Shown one piece after another: positions 59,444-64,000 of a stretch of 64,000 nt of DNA (within the stretch, counting starts at the first letter, position 1; the number at the start of each line of letters is the position of its first letter). The notes under the pieces were generated by a model, which was given only the letters and a program-made list of their open reading frames with translations, was not told where the DNA came from and ran no database searches. The stretch is from Methanomassiliicoccales archaeon. Lineage in GTDB: Archaea; Thermoplasmatota; Thermoplasmata; Methanomassiliicoccales; UBA472. The stretch lies in NCBI GenBank assembly GCA_026394375.1, contig JAPKYJ010000015.1:15265-79264 (forward strand), in the 5' to 3' direction. The translations under genes were made by a program, and so were the position numbers.

Positions 59444-60280
59444 TTATCCCTTAGCCGGACGCGGTGCTGTCTTGCGACCGAAGATGAGATAGCCAGTATG
59501 TCCGAGCATCTCGAAAGAAGGGCGGACGCCGCCTTCGTGCACCTCCATGGTGCGTTGCAGATTCTCCAGCGCCTCGATCTCCACATAGCCATGGGAGCGA
59601 AGCGCCTTGACCGCTTCCTCCATTTGGTTCACGTTGGGCACATAGGCGCACACCCTTCCGCCCGGGTTCAGATACCGTCCCAGATTCTCCAAGGCTTCCC
59701 AAGGCGCGGGCAGGTCCATGACCAGGGCATTGGCGCTCGCTTCCAGTTCGACCTGGCGCGCATCTCCGATGTGCAGCTGCCAGCGGTCGCTCTTTCCGGT
59801 CCGCTCCACGTTCTTTCGCGCCTTGGAGGCATGGTCCTCCCGTATCTCGATGGATATGACCATGCCCGTTGGACCGACGGCCGACAGGAGCGCGGTGGTC
59901 AGCGAACCTGAACCGACACCGGCCTCCACCACCACGTCCCCGCATTCGATGCCCAGGCGGAACGCGATTGTGGCCGCGTCCTTGGGCATGATGACCTGCG
60001 CCCCTATGTCCAGCGATTCCATGAACTCCGGTGCTCTGGGCGTGAGGAGGACGAACTCCCTTCCGGCCACGATCACCCTTTCCCCATCCGTCGAGGAAAG
60101 AAGTCGGGAGCAATCGATGACCCCCAGTCCCGGGACTTTGACCATGCCCTTGACTAGCTGGATGAAGTGCCTCTTGCCCTTTTCGTCCAGGAGATAGATG
60201 AGGTCGCCTTCGCGCATCGGAAGGCTATCCCCCACCAGGAAAAAAGGTTTGTGCCCGGTTACCTCAACTTCTTGCCGCAC
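59444..60280 (-). CDS. trmI: tRNA (adenine-N1)-methyltransferase (TrmI/Gcd14 family)
   Basis: It has the SAM motif VVEAGVGSGSLTTAL, plus DLPAPWE and the C-terminal GHTGYLIFGRK. The start may be the internal ATG at 60217 (MREGDLIYLLDEKGK). Confidence 0.85.
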   Translation of the reverse strand: MRQEVEVTGHKPFFLVGDSLPMREGDLIYLLDEKGKRHFIQLVKGMVKVPGLGVIDCSRLLSSTDGERVIVAGREFVLLTPRAPEFMESLDIGAQVIMPKDAATIAFRLGIECGDVVVEAGVGSGSLTTALLSAVGPTGMVISIEIREDHASKARKNVERTGKSDRWQLHIGDARQVELEASANALVMDLPAPWEALENLGRYLNPGGRVCAYVPNVNQMEEAVKALRSHGYVEIEALENLQRTMEVHEGGVRPSFEMLGHTGYLIFGRKTAPRPAKG

Positions 60281-60654
60281 TTGGGGCAGCTGAAGTCATG
60301 CGCGGAGATGGCCGCGCCGCACTCCTGGCAGCGGGAGATGCCTTCCAACTGCTGCACCTGCTTCTCCGCCTTCTTCTCCTCTTTCGCCGAGGGGGGAGAC
60401 TTCTCGTACTTGTACTGAGGGTCGGAATACTCTGGCTTAGGTGGATATATGTAGCCCGCCTTCTTCCTCTTGACCAGGAAGACGTAGAGGACCAGGCCCA
60501 CAGGAGCGAACAAGAAAGCTACGATGATCCAGAGCGCCTTCATCTCCTTCGCTTTTCGCATGTCCAAGTACACGTACCCTGCGCAAGCCGCTCCTACCAG
60601 GAGCCAAACTACCAGTACCCAAATCAGCAGATCGAGCATCCCATCACTGTACAT
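60259..60654 (-). CDS. Membrane protein with a C-terminal zinc ribbon
   Basis: It has two TM helices in a PLDc_N-like pattern (KALWIIVAFLFAPVGLVLYVFL), a Lys/Glu linker, and CQECG...CPKCG. Confidence 0.5.
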   Translation of the reverse strand: MYSDGMLDLLIWVLVVWLLVGAACAGYVYLDMRKAKEMKALWIIVAFLFAPVGLVLYVFLVKRKKAGYIYPPKPEYSDPQYKYEKSPPSAKEEKKAEKQVQQLEGISRCQECGAAISAHDFSCPKCGKKLR

Positions 60655-60696
60655 GAAGTGTCGCTTTCTTTATTAAAAGGTAGTGTGGCTGGCCGC

Positions 60697-63600
60697 CTAG
60701 GAGCGCTTGACCTCGTTCATGTACCATTCCATGACCTTGAGGAAGCCACCTATCGAACCTTCCTTGGCCAGCCGTTGCAGGCGCACCGCCCGCACCTTGT
60801 TGTGGTATTCTTCGGGAATGTCCAGTTCGGAGAACTTGTTCAGGCGGCGTAGCAGTTCCAATTTCTTCTCCCTAGATTCGAACGGCGACTTGAGATACTG
60901 GAAGTGAAGGTCCACGTTCCCGTCCGCCCGGATGGAGAAGAACCAATGCGCCGTGTCCTTATGCTTGAAATAGGGGGTGACGGTGGTGACGCCGTGGAAC
61001 TCGCGCCACCATAGCTTCGTCCCCGCCTCCTCCGCCCAATCGAGCAGGGATTCCGCCGCCTGGACCGCGATCTTGGAGTTGGCGGCCTGCAGTTGGGTGT
61101 AGAAGATGAACTTCATGGACCGGTCGTCCTTTCCTGGGGAGATGTCCTCTCCCGGCAGTTCGTCAGCTAGTGATTCCGGCGGTCGGTCTCGTCGGTCCTC
61201 CGGCTGCTTCGTCTCCGCCAGCAGATCCTTGCTTTGCCGTTCCAGCGAGCCGATGCGCACCTCTCCTTTGTCCTTCGTCGATCGAGCACGCTCACCGGAA
61301 AGGGCCCCGATGCGCGCCTCCAATCGGTCTAGCTCCGCATTCCGGTTGCGCCACCAGTTGCGACTCCATATGCGGTCGATGTTCCAACCTCTCTCCTCCA
61401 GGAAGCGCTGCCGCACCACATCCCTCTCCCTTGCCGATCGGGCGGAATGGAAGGTGGCTCCATCGCACTCGATCCCCAGAATGTACCGCGATTCATCCGC
61501 CGGGTCCACCACCGCCAGATCGATGCGATAGCCGCTGAAGCCCACCCGTTCGTCCACCCGGTGCCCTCTGGCCTCCAGGGCCTCCTTCACCTGCATCTCC
61601 AGAGGCTTCTCCAGGTCCGAGAACACCATCGCCTCCTGAATGGAGCGGGGCGCGCTGTCCAGGCGGGCGAGCAGCTCCTGTACCTCTTGGTGCCTGGCCT
61701 CGGAGACGGCCTGGGCATAGCAGAGGTACTCCTTCAATCGCTTGGGGCCGAGGTTCTTCACTCCCTCCACCGGCAATGAGGACGGGTCGAAGGAAGCGAC
61801 CATGATCACTCGCTCCCTGGCCCGGGTCACGGCCACGTTCAGCCGGTTCTCGCCCCCTTCCTGGTTCAGAGAGCCGAACTGCACTCGGAACTGGCCTTGA
61901 GCATCCGGTGCGTAACCCACGGAGAAGACGATTATGTCCCGCTCGTCTCCCTGTACGTTCTCGATGTTCTTTACGAACGGTCGGTCGTCCAGATTGCGCT
62001 CGCTCGACGTGGCCGCCGAGTACAAGCGCTCGAAATCCTGACTTTTAGACCGCCTTTCATCCACAAGATCCTCGATGAGGTCCCGCTGCGGCTCGTTGAA
62101 AGTGATGACGCCGATGGAGGGGAGCTTTCCCTTCCGCTCGCCATCCTGCAGCAGCGTGGCCATGACATCCACGATCTTCTTCGCCTCCGCTCGATTGGTC
62201 CTCTCGTCCCAGACGCCGGGGACGCGAACGAACTCGATCGGTGGCGAAGGGAAGGTCCTCTGCACGTTCGCGGCGATCTCCAGATTGCCGTCGTAGAAGG
62301 CATGGTTGGAGAAGTCGATCAACTCCTGGTAGCGGGAGCGGTAGTGCCAACTGAGGTAGCGGGGGGTGAAGATGCGCATGCTGAGCACCAGGAGGCTTTC
62401 CGCCTCGGTCACCTCATCCAGCTGTTCGTCCTCATCCTTGCTGCGGAACAGATCGAAAGGCCGCAATTGCTTCTCATCTCCGGCGATGACCACCCGCTTG
62501 CCGCGATAGATGGAGGGCAGGGCGCGCTCCACCGCCAGCTGGCTCGACTCGTCGAAGATGACCAGGTCGAAGAGCCCCCGTTTCAAGGGCAGGATATCGG
62601 ATGCAGCTTCAGGAGAGACCAGCCAGCAGGGGCAGATGCGCATCATCTGGAAGGGGAACTCCTCCATCACCTTGCGAGCGGGCTTCACACGCCTTTTCTT
62701 GGTGAACTCGTTCAGGAGACGGTTCCAGTCGGTCTCCGGGCGCTTATTGGGATGGTGTTCCCCGGGCGGCAGCTGCGGTCGACGAGCATCGTCCAAGACC
62801 TTCAGCATCAGATGCTTGCGGAATAGCTCCCTCCTTCGGGTCAGGAGATCGTCCAGGCGCCATTTGAGCTCCAAGTAGCGGTGGAACGGATCACCGGTCA
62901 GCTGCTGGTTCTGCGATTCGATTTGGCCGACCCAGCGGGCGATGACCTCCTGTTCCAGGGTCCTTGCCCACGATCCCTCGGTTATCGGCAGGTTGCGGGC
63001 GCACATGTCCAGCACCTCCGCTCCCGTGGAATCGAGCGAACTCACCAGCCGGTCATGCTCTTGGATGGCATCGAACTCTGTCAAGGCCATGCGCATGGCC
63101 TCGAGCTTCCCTTTGAGCGCGTTGGGATCACGCTGCAGGTGGCGCATCTCTTCCGCTCCTTCGGGGCGAAGCCAGGACTGCAGGTCATGCATGGCGCTCA
63201 GGAGCTCCTGTCCTTGGTTGAGGGCCAGGCGCAGAGAAGCCATCTGGGCTAGGCGTGGGTCGTTGGGATAGAGCGAAGAGGTCCTTTGCATCATCCGGTT
63301 CGCCCTTCTCCACCTTCCGCTCAAGAAGCGGGTGAACTTGGGTTTCAGCCTTTCGTAGTCGTCCAGGCAGAGCAGGGTGCTGCGCTGCTCTTCCAAGGTG
63401 TCCAGGACCATGGTCGAGGGCAGGGCCAATGCCGTCATGCGCGACAGCGCGGCCTCCATATCGAAGCGCACGTTGGTGTCCAGAGCGGCGAACGAGCGGC
63501 GCTTGGCGATGACCGACGTGGGCGCGTCGTACTTCCAGTGTCCGATCTGCAGGTTGGGCAGTTTTTGCAGGAGGGTGCGGAGTGATTGTTTGGTGAGTCG

Positions 63601-64000
63601 GTTCGGCACGTTTCCAAGCCCTAGGCGAGGAAGATAACCAGGCATGGCCGCGGAGTAGAGCTCCTGGAGCCTCGCGCCGCCGAAGTACTCGGCCCACATG
63701 GGTTTGACGATGCCATTGAGCTCAGCGATCGTGTTATCGATCTGCGTGGACACATCCTCGAACTCCCTTTCCAGGCGTTCTTCGCGTCCAGGAGGATCGC
63801 CCTCCACCCGCTTGGCTAATGTGGCATAGGCCCCCGGCCGGTCCGCTCGGGCATCGTGCAGCAGCACGGCGGCGTCGGCCAGACCCGCTCTATCCAGGCG
63901 CTGGTATACCACATCCAAAGCGGCCCGCTTCTGGCACACCACTAGCACCTTCTCATCTTTGGCCAGGGCGTTAGTGATGAGGTTGACGATGACCTGTGAC
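60697..64000 (-). CDS. Large SF1 (Upf1/Dna2-like) helicase fused to a Vsr/DUF559-like endonuclease and an extra C-terminal domain; the N-terminus lies outside the window
   Basis: The frame stays open to the window edge (...SQVIVNLITNALAKDEKVLVVCQKRAALD). It has helicase motifs DLVIFDESSQL, VIAGDEKQL, VQGDERDIIVFS and RLNVAVTRARERV. The nuclease region is GYRIDLAV...GIECDGATFHS...GWNIDRIWS. Confidence 0.85.
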   Translation of the reverse strand, partial: SQVIVNLITNALAKDEKVLVVCQKRAALDVVYQRLDRAGLADAAVLLHDARADRPGAYATLAKRVEGDPPGREERLEREFEDVSTQIDNTIAELNGIVKPMWAEYFGGARLQELYSAAMPGYLPRLGLGNVPNRLTKQSLRTLLQKLPNLQIGHWKYDAPTSVIAKRRSFAALDTNVRFDMEAALSRMTALALPSTMVLDTLEEQRSTLLCLDDYERLKPKFTRFLSGRWRRANRMMQRTSSLYPNDPRLAQMASLRLALNQGQELLSAMHDLQSWLRPEGAEEMRHLQRDPNALKGKLEAMRMALTEFDAIQEHDRLVSSLDSTGAEVLDMCARNLPITEGSWARTLEQEVIARWVGQIESQNQQLTGDPFHRYLELKWRLDDLLTRRRELFRKHLMLKVLDDARRPQLPPGEHHPNKRPETDWNRLLNEFTKKRRVKPARKVMEEFPFQMMRICPCWLVSPEAASDILPLKRGLFDLVIFDESSQLAVERALPSIYRGKRVVIAGDEKQLRPFDLFRSKDEDEQLDEVTEAESLLVLSMRIFTPRYLSWHYRSRYQELIDFSNHAFYDGNLEIAANVQRTFPSPPIEFVRVPGVWDERTNRAEAKKIVDVMATLLQDGERKGKLPSIGVITFNEPQRDLIEDLVDERRSKSQDFERLYSAATSSERNLDDRPFVKNIENVQGDERDIIVFSVGYAPDAQGQFRVQFGSLNQEGGENRLNVAVTRARERVIMVASFDPSSLPVEGVKNLGPKRLKEYLCYAQAVSEARHQEVQELLARLDSAPRSIQEAMVFSDLEKPLEMQVKEALEARGHRVDERVGFSGYRIDLAVVDPADESRYILGIECDGATFHSARSARERDVVRQRFLEERGWNIDRIWSRNWWRNRNAELDRLEARIGALSGERARSTKDKGEVRIGSLERQSKDLLAETKQPEDRRDRPPESLADELPGEDISPGKDDRSMKFIFYTQLQAANSKIAVQAAESLLDWAEEAGTKLWWREFHGVTTVTPYFKHKDTAHWFFSIRADGNVDLHFQYLKSPFESREKKLELLRRLNKFSELDIPEEYHNKVRAVRLQRLAKEGSIGGFLKVMEWYMNEVKRS

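Overview
This is a high-G+C archaeal chromosomal window. It carries CDC48, Elp3, L7Ae/S28e/L24e, NDK, aIF5B, S6e, aIF2-gamma, a 2-oxoacid:ferredoxin oxidoreductase and purSLQ. A putative methanogenesis-marker-8 (DUF2099) gene and an HTH-fused CTP-type riboflavin kinase suggest a Thermoplasmata-related methanogen such as Methanomassiliicoccales. That placement is inferred from remembered motifs, because no search could be run. Most of the window is housekeeping: two ABC transporter operons, translation genes, purine and branched-chain amino-acid genes. A roughly 11 kb surface-glycosylation region (13.2-24.4 kb) holds a GDP-heptose-type pathway, five glycosyltransferases and a sequon-rich anchored surface protein. 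The conserved infB...rps6e array is split by a roughly 12 kb insertion (about 38.16-50.5 kb). The insertion starts with a multiply frameshifted tyrosine integrase and has patchy lower G+C. It carries arsenic-resistance genes (arsR, arsC, acr3, arsD, arsA) plus decayed genes at its right side. The most interesting signal sits in the acr3 operon. acr3 is tightly followed by an AhpD/CMD CxxC protein, a 208-aa protein and a small 3-Cys protein. The 208-aa protein joins the CdhE/AcsC-type N-terminal [4Fe-4S] motif directly to a CFeSP/HgcA-like corrinoid-binding domain, with no TIM barrel. I propose this as a candidate corrinoid-dependent arsenic-transforming module. Three ars promoters share a palindrome, ATTTCAA-N6-TTRAAAT. 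The window ends inside a very large SF1 helicase/Vsr-like nuclease gene. All homology calls rest on motif recognition by eye and need HMM or BLAST confirmation.
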